The position numbers and the translations under genes are program-made. The notes beneath the pieces are model-generated. The model was not told the DNA's origin. It ran no database searches and worked only from the letters and a program-made list of their open reading frames with translations. 43,194 nt of DNA, from positions 1-43,194 of the forward strand of contig CAIOXK010000020.1 of NCBI GenBank assembly GCA_903862255.1, in the 5' to 3' direction. The stretch is from Candidatus Nomurabacteria bacterium (GTDB taxonomy: Bacteria; Patescibacteriota; Minisyncoccia; Phycocordibacterales; UBA9973). Positions 13,224-24,081 of this stretch are shown one piece after another (position 1 is the first letter of the stretch; every line of letters starts with the position of its first letter).

Positions 13224-13718
13224 CTAGTATAACTCTTTTATCGCCTTATGTATCAATGCTTCATCAATACTGGGAGGAAGGTCTTCAAGTACTTTTTGAG
13301 TGCTTTGCACTACTAAGTCTGCAATGGCATTATGAGCCTCCTTGATGAGCATATTCTTTTCTTGTTCAAGTTGTGTACGAGTATCTGCCAAAATTTTAGC
13401 GGCGTGTTCGTGGCTTTCTGTGAGCATTGCAACACGTTTCTCCTCGATTTCTTTTTTCATAGTGTTTAACAGTTGTCGGGCTTGTTCTTGAGCTTTGACT
13501 TTTTCTTCATCAAACAAAGCTTTAGTTTGTGCAACTAGTACAGCATTCGTTGCCGCGTCTTCTACTCCTTGTGAAATAGTTTTCTTGCGATCGTTCATTA
13601 GTTGGGCCAACGGCTTCAGCGCGTAACGATATAAAACAAAAAATACAATTGCAAAATTAACTAACTGAACAACAATTAGTTTCCACTCTATATGAAATGT
13701 ACTTACAACTGCATCCAC
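13224..13718 (-). CDS. atpF: Fo subunit b
   Basis: QLVNFAIVFFVL TM helix followed by a coiled coil; operon position. Confidence 0.93.
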   Translation of the reverse strand: MDAVVSTFHIEWKLIVVQLVNFAIVFFVLYRYALKPLAQLMNDRKKTISQGVEDAATNAVLVAQTKALFDEEKVKAQEQARQLLNTMKKEIEEKRVAMLTESHEHAAKILADTRTQLEQEKNMLIKEAHNAIADLVVQSTQKVLEDLPPSIDEALIHKAIKELY

Positions 13719-13726
13719 TAAATATA

Positions 13727-14760
<1,034 letters not shown>

Positions 14761-14778
14761 TGCCCGTACTATAGCATA

Positions 14779-14811
14779 CTAGAAACCCCCTTGTAATAAG
14801 GGGGTTTCTAG
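14779..14811. terminator. Perfect 14-bp hairpin, terminator-like, just upstream of the atpB promoter
   Basis: CTAGAAACCCCCTT-GTAAT-AAGGGGGTTTCTAG. Confidence 0.65.
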
Positions 14812-15003
14812 AAGAAAACTGTCATTTATATTTATTTTTTTGAGAAGAGATTATTGTTGTATGAATTTTGTATAGTATGTTCTGTGAAGTTAATCTAATA
14901 ATGTATTCAATCACGAACTATTTAGTTGTTATTTGGTTGTTTATTCAATTGTAAGAGCATAGCAATCGATGTACTACATGCACATGCAGTAGAAACATGA
15001 TGC

Positions 15004-15034
15004 AAGTAATTTTAAAGTAATTTAAAAGTAATTT
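15004..15034. repeat. Three direct repeats of AAGTAATTT with 11-bp period
   Basis: Copies start at 15004, 15015 and 15026. Confidence 0.7.
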
Positions 15035-15082
15035 TTAATACAGTGGAACGATGACTGAAATTGGTCTGCATATCGTTCCATA

Positions 15083-15580
15083 TTAGTTTATACGTTGAGG
15101 AGAAAAAATTCTTTCATAGTATTCTTCTTGGTGCTGAGTTGGATAGCGATAATATGTTTTTACCATATTATCGTTAGCATCCTGAGTGATTGCATAGAAT
15201 AAAATACCTAGAATGATACTGCATGCCACACTTACTAATAGTAATTGTAATGTTGTATGACGATATCCTGCATATGTTTTACGCAATAAAGAGATACTTA
15301 TTATAGAAAATAAGCCAAAAGACACTACCCATAATAATGGAATTGCTGCAACCATAAAAATAGGGTTGCCTGCTTCGATATATTTGCCCTGAACAACTTG
15401 AATATGCAGTATTCCATACAAAACACCTGCAATTGTATAGGCGCCCAGTACTGTTGTAACGATACCTGGCATCCACAACACACTATTACGCAACACAAAG
15501 TACCACTTCGAACGAGGTGTTACCCGTTTGTTCTCAATAGCGGTCAATATATTTTTTGCTGTATTACTTATTTGTTCCAT
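15083..15580 (-). CDS. Membrane protein, putative anti-sigma partner
   Basis: Three TM helices; overlaps the ECF sigma stop by 17 bp. Confidence 0.65.
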   Translation of the reverse strand: MEQISNTAKNILTAIENKRVTPRSKWYFVLRNSVLWMPGIVTTVLGAYTIAGVLYGILHIQVVQGKYIEAGNPIFMVAAIPLLWVVSFGLFSIISISLLRKTYAGYRHTTLQLLLVSVACSIILGILFYAITQDANDNMVKTYYRYPTQHQEEYYERIFSPQRIN

Positions 15581-16142
15581 GTTTAGTAAGGTTTTTTTCT
15601 AATTGTTTTTTTGCTCGATTAATTCGAACGGCTACTGTTCCTGCTGGTATCTGAAGGATGTCGGCAACTTCTTCGTATGACTTTTCCTCAAAGAATCGCA
15701 GTAACAAAATGTCTTTATATTTCTCATCGAGTGTGTTTACAGCATCAATGACTAACTGTTTTTGTTCCGCATGGCTAAATCGAGCAACGTGGTCTTCTTC
15801 TGTAAACAACTTGGACACAATATCCTGCGCTTCATCATCCAGAGAAAGTGTTGTGCGTCGTTTTTCACGTCGGTACCAATCGATCATTTCGTTATGTGCG
15901 ATACGGTATATCCAAGATGAAAAAAGTAATGATGTGTCGTATTCGTTTATGTTGCGGTACACCTTTATAAAGATATTCTGCAAAAGATCTTCGATGTCAT
16001 CACTCGTAGCTAAACTACGCCGGCGAATATAGTGCGTTAATTTAGGTATATAGCGCTCAATAAGCACGGCGAAGTGCTGTTGGTCTTTTTTGCACTCAAT
16101 AATAAGTTTTTCATCAGTGAGTATAGCTAATGATGACTGCAT
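15564..16142 (-). CDS. ECF (sigma-70 group 4) sigma factor
   Basis: Region 2 (EDLLQNIFIKVY...FSSWIYRIAHN) and region 4 (SYEEVADILQIPAGTVAVRINRAK). Confidence 0.93.
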   Translation of the reverse strand: MQSSLAILTDEKLIIECKKDQQHFAVLIERYIPKLTHYIRRRSLATSDDIEDLLQNIFIKVYRNINEYDTSLLFSSWIYRIAHNEMIDWYRREKRRTTLSLDDEAQDIVSKLFTEEDHVARFSHAEQKQLVIDAVNTLDEKYKDILLLRFFEEKSYEEVADILQIPAGTVAVRINRAKKQLEKNLTKHGTNK

Positions 16143-16180
16143 CTTCTTATTATACGCACAAACATGATAAAATCTTACCT

Positions 16181-17032
16181 ATGATTAATTATTTTCAAGC
16201 TATCCTTCTAGGGCTACTCCAAGGTGTTACTGAGCTCTTTCCTATTTCGAGCTTAGGGCACAGTGTTATTTTACCAACTATCTTGGGCTGGAATATTGAC
16301 CAATCAAACAATATGTTTGTAGTATTTCTGATTGCTACCCACCTTGCAACAGCGATTGTACTGTTAGTGTTTTTCTTCAAAGACTGGGTACTAATTGTAA
16401 AAGGTATTTGGCGCTCAATAAAAAGTCACAGTATTGCCGCAACTGATACGTATGCCAAACTCGGCTGGTTAATAATTATTGGTAGTATTCCCGCGGGTAT
16501 TCTTGGTTTTCTTTTTGAAAAGAAAATAAAAGTATTACTTGCATCTGCATTATTAACTGCAGTCTTCCTAGTTATTAACGGTATTATGTTGTTTGGCGCT
16601 GAATATTTGCGTAAAAGAAGTGCTGTGTACCGGCTTGGTCCAGTTGATGCTGGCATTTCAACATTGTCATGGTCCCAAGCAGTCAAAGTTGGATTTGCAC
16701 AATGCTTATCACTTATTCCTGGTTTCTCACGAACAGGAGCAACACTCGGTGGCGGACTACTTGTGGGATTAACACATGAGGAAGCGGCTCGCTTTTCATT
16801 TCTCCTCGCAACTCCAATTATCTTTGCTGCATCAATTCTTAAATTACCAACACTAATTCACACACCAAGCGCTGTAATAGGCCCAATTTTTATTGGCGCA
16901 CTGGCTTCTGCTATTGCGGCATTTGTTTCTGTACGTTTTCTTACGAAGTATTTCAAAAAACATACTCTTACCCCGTTCGCTATATACTGCATAATCGCTG
17001 GACTACTCGCTATAGGCATTATAGTGATGTGA
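16181..17032 (+). CDS. uppP: Undecaprenyl-diphosphate phosphatase
   Basis: QGVTELFPISSLGH, PGFSRTGAT, AARFSFLL; start trimmed to MINY at 16181. Confidence 0.95.
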   Translation: MINYFQAILLGLLQGVTELFPISSLGHSVILPTILGWNIDQSNNMFVVFLIATHLATAIVLLVFFFKDWVLIVKGIWRSIKSHSIAATDTYAKLGWLIIIGSIPAGILGFLFEKKIKVLLASALLTAVFLVINGIMLFGAEYLRKRSAVYRLGPVDAGISTLSWSQAVKVGFAQCLSLIPGFSRTGATLGGGLLVGLTHEEAARFSFLLATPIIFAASILKLPTLIHTPSAVIGPIFIGALASAIAAFVSVRFLTKYFKKHTLTPFAIYCIIAGLLAIGIIVM

Positions 17033-17045
17033 TATACTTGTACCT

Positions 17046-17531
17046 ATGAATAACAAAAAAGTTTTAATCAGTCTGGTAGCGGTTATCGTTGTTGCTGCAG
17101 GCGTTGTTGGAATCGCGGCGATGAGTAAAAAAACAGATGCTCCGGCAGAAATTATGCCAACAACTGATACTTCAACTACTACAGTTGTGACAACTAAGCC
17201 TGTAAAAATCACTACAGGAAAAACCGTTTCATCTACATACAAAGACGGTACGTATACTGCAACTGGTTCATACCGTTCTCCAGGTGGTCAAGATCAGATT
17301 CAGATCACAGTTGCACTCAAGAATGACATTATTACTTCTGTTTCAGCAGTTCCGATGGCTGGTGACCGTGAATCAAAAGAATACCAAGCTAAATTTATTA
17401 GTGGATATCAGTCCGTTGTTGTTGGAAAAGATATCAGTACCTTGAAGCTTGGCGCGGTATCAGGTTCATCATTAACTCCAATTGGATTTAATGATGCTAT
17501 TACACAAATCAAAACTCAGGCTCAAGCGTAA
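17046..17531 (+). CDS. Membrane-anchored FMN-binding (flavinylation substrate) protein
   Basis: N-terminal TM/signal, Thr-rich linker, YKDGTYTATGSY and GAVSGSSLT, a variant of the [S/T]GA[S/T] flavinylation motif. Confidence 0.8.
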   Translation: MNNKKVLISLVAVIVVAAGVVGIAAMSKKTDAPAEIMPTTDTSTTTVVTTKPVKITTGKTVSSTYKDGTYTATGSYRSPGGQDQIQITVALKNDIITSVSAVPMAGDRESKEYQAKFISGYQSVVVGKDISTLKLGAVSGSSLTPIGFNDAITQIKTQAQA

Positions 17532-17554
17532 TACGCTTTTGTATCAGTATTGCC

Positions 17555-18424
17555 ATGAATGAGTTTACTTTCACAGCAATTGGTACACACTGGCACATTC
17601 AATTTTACTCAATGTACGAAAATAATGATGTACTTATAAGTACCGTTAAAAATCGTATTGAAGCGTTTGAACAAAACTATTCCCGTTTCCGCGGGGATTC
17701 TTTTGTAGGACAAATAGCACAACAAGAAGGAGTTTTTCGCCTACCTGATGATGCTGAAAAAATGCTTAATCTGTATCGACGATTATATGATATTTCTGAT
17801 GGCAAAGTTACGCCCTTGATTGGCAGCGTTTTAATTGACGCTGGCTATGATGCCAATTATTCACTTACTCCGAAGAATTCAATCCGTGAAGCTGAGCTCT
17901 GGGATGAAGTAATGGAATATAATGTACCTTTTCTCACAACGAAGCGACCAATCAAATTAGACTTTGGTGGGCTTGGCAAAGGCTACATTATTGATATCGT
18001 TGCAGATATTTTTCGAGATCATCATATCTATGATTTCATTATTAATGCCGGTGGTGATATTGCTCATAGTTCGTCTGAAGATGCTGTGTTTCGAGTAGGA
18101 TTAGAAGACCCTGAAGACAAAACAAAGGTTATCGGTATTGCAGAAATTAGCAATAAAAGTATTGCGGGTTCCGCTGGCAACCGTCGTGCTTGGGGAAAAT
18201 ACCATCACATTATTGACCCAACAACTACAGAGTCTCCAAGACATATTGCTGGTCTATGGGTGGTAGCAAATACTACACTTTTTGCTGATGCACTAACTAC
18301 GGCACTATTTTTTATGGAGCCTGATATATTACTTCAACACTTTTCTTTTGAATATGCGATTGTATATAGCGACAGATCAATAAAACATTCACCGCACTTT
18401 CCCGCAGAGTTCTATACTATATAA
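17555..18424 (+). CDS. apbE: FAD:protein FMN transferase
   Basis: AIGT, YSRFRGDS, LDFGGLGKGY, NAGGDI, HHIIDP, ADALTTA. Confidence 0.92.
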   Translation: MNEFTFTAIGTHWHIQFYSMYENNDVLISTVKNRIEAFEQNYSRFRGDSFVGQIAQQEGVFRLPDDAEKMLNLYRRLYDISDGKVTPLIGSVLIDAGYDANYSLTPKNSIREAELWDEVMEYNVPFLTTKRPIKLDFGGLGKGYIIDIVADIFRDHHIYDFIINAGGDIAHSSSEDAVFRVGLEDPEDKTKVIGIAEISNKSIAGSAGNRRAWGKYHHIIDPTTTESPRHIAGLWVVANTTLFADALTTALFFMEPDILLQHFSFEYAIVYSDRSIKHSPHFPAEFYTI

Positions 18425-18446
18425 GTTATAGTGATATACTTTATAT

Positions 18447-18830
18447 ATGGAAAAATTAAAATCATACTCACCTATTATTCTTCGCATCGGACTTGCCTTA
18501 GTCTTTCTATGGTTCGGATTCAATCAAATTACTGATCCAACATCATGGTATGGTTTTGTACCTGATTCTGTAAGTACTATTACTGGACTAACTATTGCTC
18601 GTATCGTCTTTCTGAATGGCCTATTTGAAATTATTGCTGGTACCGCATTGGCGTTTGGATTATTTACCCGTGTTGCAGCAGGACTACTCTTCCTTCACAT
18701 TCTCGACATCGCTTTTATTGTTGGCCTCGACAGTATTGGTATACGTGACTTAGGTCTCAGTGTGGCAACATTTGTTATCTTCCTCAATGGAATGGATCGC
18801 GCAACATTGGATCATTATATTCGTAATTAA
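18447..18830 (+). CDS. DoxX family membrane protein
   Basis: LRIGLALVFLWFG, FEIIAG...GLFTR. Confidence 0.82.
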   Translation: MEKLKSYSPIILRIGLALVFLWFGFNQITDPTSWYGFVPDSVSTITGLTIARIVFLNGLFEIIAGTALAFGLFTRVAAGLLFLHILDIAFIVGLDSIGIRDLGLSVATFVIFLNGMDRATLDHYIRN

Positions 18831-18887
18831 TATTTACATCCCCAATACCACCTCATCTACATCACCACACATAGCTGGGTGCAAGAG

Positions 18888-18928
18888 ATAAAAATAAAAA
18901 GCCCGTTTCCAGGGCTTTTTATTTTTAT
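18888..18928. terminator. Bidirectional terminator between DoxX and the P-type ATPase
   Basis: ATAAAAATAAAAAGCCC-N7-GGGCTTTTTATTTTTAT between convergent genes. Confidence 0.8.
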
Positions 18929-18968
18929 ACTCTGGAACATGGGTGCCAAAGGTATATATTTATAAAGA

Positions 18969-21503
18969 CTACTTTACGAGAACAGAACTTCTGTAATACC
19001 ACGTCTTCATCAAATCAATACTAAAGAAGTAAATTAATACTGCAGCAATAATAGTTCCCAAAGCTACCCATGACAATCCAGTAAAGTGAAAAATCTTTTG
19101 GAAGAATGGCACATAGGTAATCGCTAATGATGCAAGGAATGTTAAGAAAAACGATGAGTTCAATAGCAATGAAGGTTTCTTAACTTTCCAGAAAAAGCCA
19201 TTATTGCGAAATGCGTAGAACACTATCAATGCAGTAAATGTGAAGAATAAGAATAATCCTGTTTGAATAATTACTGTTGGTTGAAAACGAATTACCATAT
19301 AGTACAACAGTTCAAATAAACCCGTTGGAATACCAAGAATCAAAGAAATAAATAGCAGTTCTTTAATATTATTCTTTTCAGGGTTGATAACATCAGTATC
19401 TTCTACTGTGTCAGAATAAATAGTCACTAGAGGAATATCGGTAATAATATTGGTCAGCAATACCTGAATTGGTAATAAAGGTAGATTTTTTGAGAACAGA
19501 TATAGCACGGCTAGTGCCATAAAACTGCCGAAGTTATTCACCATCGTGTATTTGATGTACTTATTGATATTAACGAAAATTGTTCGTCCGTATTTAATAC
19601 CATTAATGATCACTTCAAGATCTCTATTCAAAAGCACAATATCAGCATCCTCTTTAGCGATATCTGTAGCGCTATTAACGGCTATGGCCACGTCTGCGAG
19701 CTTTAATGCTGGAGCATCGTTAATTCCATCACCCTGGTATCCAACTACGTACCCTGCCTCTTTTAGAGCTTTAATGATATTGAACTTTTGCGTCGGGGAA
19801 ACACGAGCAAATACGTTGGCTTTTATTACAGCTTCCTTAAATGCGTCAGGGTTCATTATTTCTAATTCTTCACCTAAGTAGACAGTACTATTTGCATCAA
19901 CTAGTCCAACTTCCCGCCCTATATATTCCGCAACTTCTCTACTATCACCTGTAAGAATTTTAATTTTAATACCAAGTTTTTCTGCATGTTCAATGGTTCG
20001 CTTGGCGCTTTCACGTAACGGGTCTACGAAACCAACATATCCTAAGAACAATAAGTTACTTTTTTCGTCTGACAAAATATCATAGCTGTTAGTTCCTGAA
20101 TTTGCCGAAGGATAATCCACGATTTCTTTATATGCCAATGCTAAGTGGTGTAAGCCAGTTTTGCCTTCCTCCGAAATAGTATGTAAGTATCCGTCAATAT
20201 CATTTGTAGGCCGAGCAATACTAAGAACTATATCTGGTGCCCCAATAACAATTAAGAAGTACTTATTATTTACTGTGTCATGCAATACTACACGGCGACG
20301 CTTATCATCTGGATCAAATGGCAGTTCTTTTACAATGCAGTACTCCTTTGCCTTGTCTTGTAGTATTTGTGGGATGTAATTAAGAAATGCATCATCATAT
20401 GAACTATCTGTGCGACGCTTGCGATTCTTCAAAATAGCAATAGTTGCGTATGCAAAAATTTGAAATAGGTCTCGATCAGTAGCAACTATATTTTGGACTA
20501 CCATTTTGTTTTCTGTAATCGTGCCAGTCTTGTCAGTACAAAGCACGTTGATGTTACCTAAATCTTCAACTGAAGAAAGGCGCTTCACCACAACATGTTT
20601 TTTAGCCAACTTTAATGCGCCGCTAGAAAGTGAAATGGTAGCAATAACTGGCAACACTTCAGGTACGACTAAAATTGCCATTGCAATCATGAAGATTAAC
20701 AATTCAACAATACTTAACGATCCTCTGTTTAAAAATACCTTGGCAAGAAAAATTACAGTCAGACTATAGAGCACTACCTTCAATAGAAATGTACTAAATG
20801 ATTTTAGTGAGCGTTCATATTCGGTATCTTTTTTTGTTTCTGTCGTTAGTTGAACAATTTTACCGAATTCAGTATCTGTACCTGTAGCATAGACAATACC
20901 AGTCACTTCACCCTTTTCAATAATACTACCGGTAAATACTAAACTTTCATCTGAAGTTAATATGTCAGAGATTACACGCTTAATTACTGGCAGTGATTCG
21001 CCCGTTAGAGACGATTCATTTACTTGTGCATTTTCTGCATCAATTATGCGCATATCTGCTGGCGCAATATCTCCTTCGCGTAAGACAACAATATCACCGG
21101 GCACGATTTGTGACTGATTGAGTAACATCATTTGCCCGTCACGCTTCACACGCATGACCTTTGTAATAAAGTTAGAAAGTTTCTCAATGATCTTTTCTGA
21201 TTTAAATTCTTGATAAAAGCCAAGAATAGTATTGAGAACAATAATGGTCAGAATGATTATGCCGTCAGAATAGTCCCTGATAACAAAAGAGATAATTGTT
21301 GCTGAGACTAGTAAATAAATCAAAACATTTTGAAACTGACGCATTAATACATCTACAGCATTTACAGTTTTCTTTTGTACAAGGTTTTTACCAAATTTTG
21401 CAAAGCGAATACCTGCTTCTTCAGAAGTTAAACCGTTTTCTGAAGACTGCAATCCTACATACACTGCTGACAAATTCACTCCTGACACCTCCTTTTTATT
21501 CAT
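18969..21503 (-). CDS. Cation-transporting P-type ATPase, probably Mg2+-importing (MgtA-like)
   Basis: TGES, PEVLP, DKTGT, TGD, GDGIND motifs; substrate is inferred. Confidence 0.9.
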   Translation of the reverse strand: MNKKEVSGVNLSAVYVGLQSSENGLTSEEAGIRFAKFGKNLVQKKTVNAVDVLMRQFQNVLIYLLVSATIISFVIRDYSDGIIILTIIVLNTILGFYQEFKSEKIIEKLSNFITKVMRVKRDGQMMLLNQSQIVPGDIVVLREGDIAPADMRIIDAENAQVNESSLTGESLPVIKRVISDILTSDESLVFTGSIIEKGEVTGIVYATGTDTEFGKIVQLTTETKKDTEYERSLKSFSTFLLKVVLYSLTVIFLAKVFLNRGSLSIVELLIFMIAMAILVVPEVLPVIATISLSSGALKLAKKHVVVKRLSSVEDLGNINVLCTDKTGTITENKMVVQNIVATDRDLFQIFAYATIAILKNRKRRTDSSYDDAFLNYIPQILQDKAKEYCIVKELPFDPDDKRRRVVLHDTVNNKYFLIVIGAPDIVLSIARPTNDIDGYLHTISEEGKTGLHHLALAYKEIVDYPSANSGTNSYDILSDEKSNLLFLGYVGFVDPLRESAKRTIEHAEKLGIKIKILTGDSREVAEYIGREVGLVDANSTVYLGEELEIMNPDAFKEAVIKANVFARVSPTQKFNIIKALKEAGYVVGYQGDGINDAPALKLADVAIAVNSATDIAKEDADIVLLNRDLEVIINGIKYGRTIFVNINKYIKYTMVNNFGSFMALAVLYLFSKNLPLLPIQVLLTNIITDIPLVTIYSDTVEDTDVINPEKNNIKELLFISLILGIPTGLFELLYYMVIRFQPTVIIQTGLFLFFTFTALIVFYAFRNNGFFWKVKKPSLLLNSSFFLTFLASLAITYVPFFQKIFHFTGLSWVALGTIIAAVLIYFFSIDLMKTWYYRSSVLVK

Positions 21504-21511
21504 GCGCCAAT

Positions 21512-21552
21512 TATATAATAAAACCTCACTTTTTGTGAGGTTTTATTATATA
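21512..21552. terminator. 18-bp perfect inverted repeat overlapping the P-ATPase -10 box
   Basis: TATATAATAAAACCTCAC-TTTTT-GTGAGGTTTTATTATATA. Confidence 0.7.
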
Positions 21553-21566
21553 TAACAATGATTCTA

Positions 21567-21794
21567 CTATGCTTTTACTGCTTTGATCCCCGCACGGATT
21601 ATTGCAATGTCTTTTTTTGCAGCTGCAACACGTGCAGCGATTGCACTATCGGAAGTTACTCTAATCCGTGTAAAAGAACGCACTGACTGTTCAGAACTAA
21701 CTGGCGATGAGCCTATTAAATTTGCAGTACTATCCATTACTGGAATTACGGTAACGCTAATAGCCAGAGCTACTGTTGGAATAATATATTTCAC
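21567..21794 (-). CDS. Small secreted hypothetical protein
   Basis: Signal-peptide-like N-terminus, basic Ala-rich tail, followed by a terminator. Confidence 0.5.
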   Translation of the reverse strand: MKYIIPTVALAISVTVIPVMDSTANLIGSSPVSSEQSVRSFTRIRVTSDSAIAARVAAAKKDIAIIRAGIKAVKA

Positions 21795-21877
21795 TGTTTT
21801 AGATCCGCTATTAATAATTTAGGTACGCTTATATTTACGAGCATCCTCGCACTTTTCTTTCATGGTAAAATGAGGTC

Positions 21878-22345
21878 ATGAAAAAAATCACACCATTTCT
21901 TTGGTTTAACAACAATGCTGAAGATGCAATCAATTTTTACTTAGAAATATTTAAAAATAGCAAAATCTTCAATATTCGCCGATTGCCAGACGGTAAGATT
22001 TTTACAGCCGAGTTTGAGCTTGAAGACCAGCGCTTAATGGTTATAAATGGTGGACCACATCCTATGGCATTTAATGAGGCTATGTCACTTTTTGTGACCT
22101 GTACTGACCAGGCAGAAGTAGATTACCTTTGGAATGCACTAATCATGGATGGAGGATCTGAGGGGCAATGCGGGTGGTTAAAAGATAAGTTTGGTATGTC
22201 ATGGCAAATTATCCCAAATGCACTTGGTGAGTATCTTAATGACCCTGACCCAATCAAAGCAGATCGTGCAATGAAAAATATGCTCCAAATGAAAAAGATC
22301 GTTATTGCTGATTTGACTTCTCCCCTTTTGCCCAAGCAACAATAA
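21878..22345 (+). CDS. VOC family protein (PhnB/3-dmu-9_3-mt type)
   Basis: KITPFLWF, QCGWLKDKFGMSWQI. Confidence 0.92.
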   Translation: MKKITPFLWFNNNAEDAINFYLEIFKNSKIFNIRRLPDGKIFTAEFELEDQRLMVINGGPHPMAFNEAMSLFVTCTDQAEVDYLWNALIMDGGSEGQCGWLKDKFGMSWQIIPNALGEYLNDPDPIKADRAMKNMLQMKKIVIADLTSPLLPKQQ

Positions 22346-22538
22346 ATAACAAAATAGTAAACATCGCTGTTGGAATAAACAAACCGATGATTACGTCACT
22401 ATTTTTGGTAAAGTTTTTTGCATTATGAGCAAAGAAAAATACGCTACCAACATAAAAAGCGATTATTAACCACCCTTGCCATGTTGCGGGTGTCCATCCC
22501 CAGCCATAGCGCTTTCTTTTGAACCAAGGTTTTTCCAT
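22302..22538 (-). CDS. Small conserved 2-TM hypothetical protein
   Basis: WFKRKRYGWGWTPATWQGW motif; TACAAT 6 nt upstream of the ATG. Confidence 0.75.
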   Translation of the reverse strand: MEKPWFKRKRYGWGWTPATWQGWLIIAFYVGSVFFFAHNAKNFTKNSDVIIGLFIPTAMFTILLFIVAWAKGEKSNQQ

Positions 22539-22556
22539 CTGTAAATTGTACTCTTT

Positions 22557-24080
22557 TTATTCTACGTGAACAGTAATGTCTGTTCGTTCATTTTTCAGTT
22601 TGAGCCACAGTACAGAGAATGCACCAACTAGCACAATAATACTTGAAACAGTAAACACATAGTTATATGCATCGATCTGCGCCTTGAGCTCAATCAGTGT
22701 AATAAACTTCTGAATATCTAATGGATTATGACTATAGAGATGGCTCAAGCTATTGATATGTAAAATATTACTCTTAGTACGATTAGTTAAAATTGTACCG
22801 AATACTGCGATACCAAATGCTCCCGCAACGTTACGAGCAAGTGCCAAAATTGAAGACGCAATACCAATTTCATGCTGATCAACAACAGAAGCAATAACGT
22901 TTGTACGTTGTGCCATACCGAAACCGAGACCAAATGCCATGACACATAACGGAAGCATGAGACTCAATGCGGTTGATTTTGGATCAAGTGATGAAAACAT
23001 ATACAAACCAAGTGCGGTTACAATTGTGCTAGCAAAGATCACATATCGTGCCTGAATCTTTCCCGCCAACGCACCACCGATTGGTGCCCCTGCCATCAAC
23101 GCAACGGCCATCGGCATAAAGAGATATCCAGTTTGTGTTGCATTGTAACCAAGAAATGTTTGGGCAAATACTGGCAACAAAAACAATCCACCCATCAATC
23201 CCATGAATACTACGAAATTATTAAGTAATGTATTAACGAATGCTGGAATTTTGAAAAATCGTAAGTCAACAATCGGTTCTGATACAACCTTCTCAATGCG
23301 AATAAATAGTCCTGTCAAAACAACAATCAAGAAATAGCAGATCAAGCTTGAGGCTGACATCCATCCCCACTCTGCACCTTTGTCGAGCACTAGAACAAGT
23401 GCTGAAAGCATTCCGCCAAGTGATAGTGCGCCCCACCAGTCAAAGAATGTAGACGTAATTTCAGACCGAGATTCATTAATGAATCTCATTGCCATAAGTA
23501 ATCCAAGAATACCGACAGGTAAGTTAATTAAAAACACTGAGCGCCATCCGAAGTGGTCAATGAGTGGTCCTCCGAGTAATGGTCCAAATACACTTGCTGC
23601 AGCAAATGAACTAGACCAAATACCAAGCGCTTGCCCGCGCTCTTTACCTTCTTTAAAAGTTACTGCCAAGATTGCCATAGCTGTTGGATAGTCTGCAGAT
23701 CCGGCAATAGCTTGAATCACGCGAAATACAATCATTGATGGCAAGTTCCATGCGAAACCAGCAAGTACTGATCCAATAATAAATACGGTGAAGCCGATGA
23801 TATAGACCTTTTTACGCCCAATAGTATCACCTAATTTACCCCAGATGGGCACAAAAACTGCATTGGCTAGAATATAAGCAGTAGCAATCCATCCCGCAGA
23901 ACTTACACTAATCCGGAAATCACTGATGATATTTGGTAGTGCTAAATTAACAATAGTTTGATCGAGACGGCCAAGAAACGTGCCTACAATTACTGTGAGT
24001 AAAATCCACCATTTCAAATTACTAGTCTTCTCTTTTACATCTGGAACGGTTTCAGTTGTTTTTTCAACCTCCCTTTCCAT
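22557..24080 (-). CDS. DHA2 (EmrB/QacA) MFS efflux transporter
   Basis: LDQTIVNLALP, GKLGDTIGRKK, WRSVFLINLPVG; about 14 TM. Confidence 0.93.
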   Translation of the reverse strand: MEREVEKTTETVPDVKEKTSNLKWWILLTVIVGTFLGRLDQTIVNLALPNIISDFRISVSSAGWIATAYILANAVFVPIWGKLGDTIGRKKVYIIGFTVFIIGSVLAGFAWNLPSMIVFRVIQAIAGSADYPTAMAILAVTFKEGKERGQALGIWSSSFAAASVFGPLLGGPLIDHFGWRSVFLINLPVGILGLLMAMRFINESRSEITSTFFDWWGALSLGGMLSALVLVLDKGAEWGWMSASSLICYFLIVVLTGLFIRIEKVVSEPIVDLRFFKIPAFVNTLLNNFVVFMGLMGGLFLLPVFAQTFLGYNATQTGYLFMPMAVALMAGAPIGGALAGKIQARYVIFASTIVTALGLYMFSSLDPKSTALSLMLPLCVMAFGLGFGMAQRTNVIASVVDQHEIGIASSILALARNVAGAFGIAVFGTILTNRTKSNILHINSLSHLYSHNPLDIQKFITLIELKAQIDAYNYVFTVSSIIVLVGAFSVLWLKLKNERTDITVHVE

Positions 24081-24081
24081 A

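Noticed and set aside
21583..21822. 79-aa plus-strand ORF
   Set aside because: The opposite-strand 75-aa ORF has a signal-like N-terminus and downstream terminator, so it is the better candidate.
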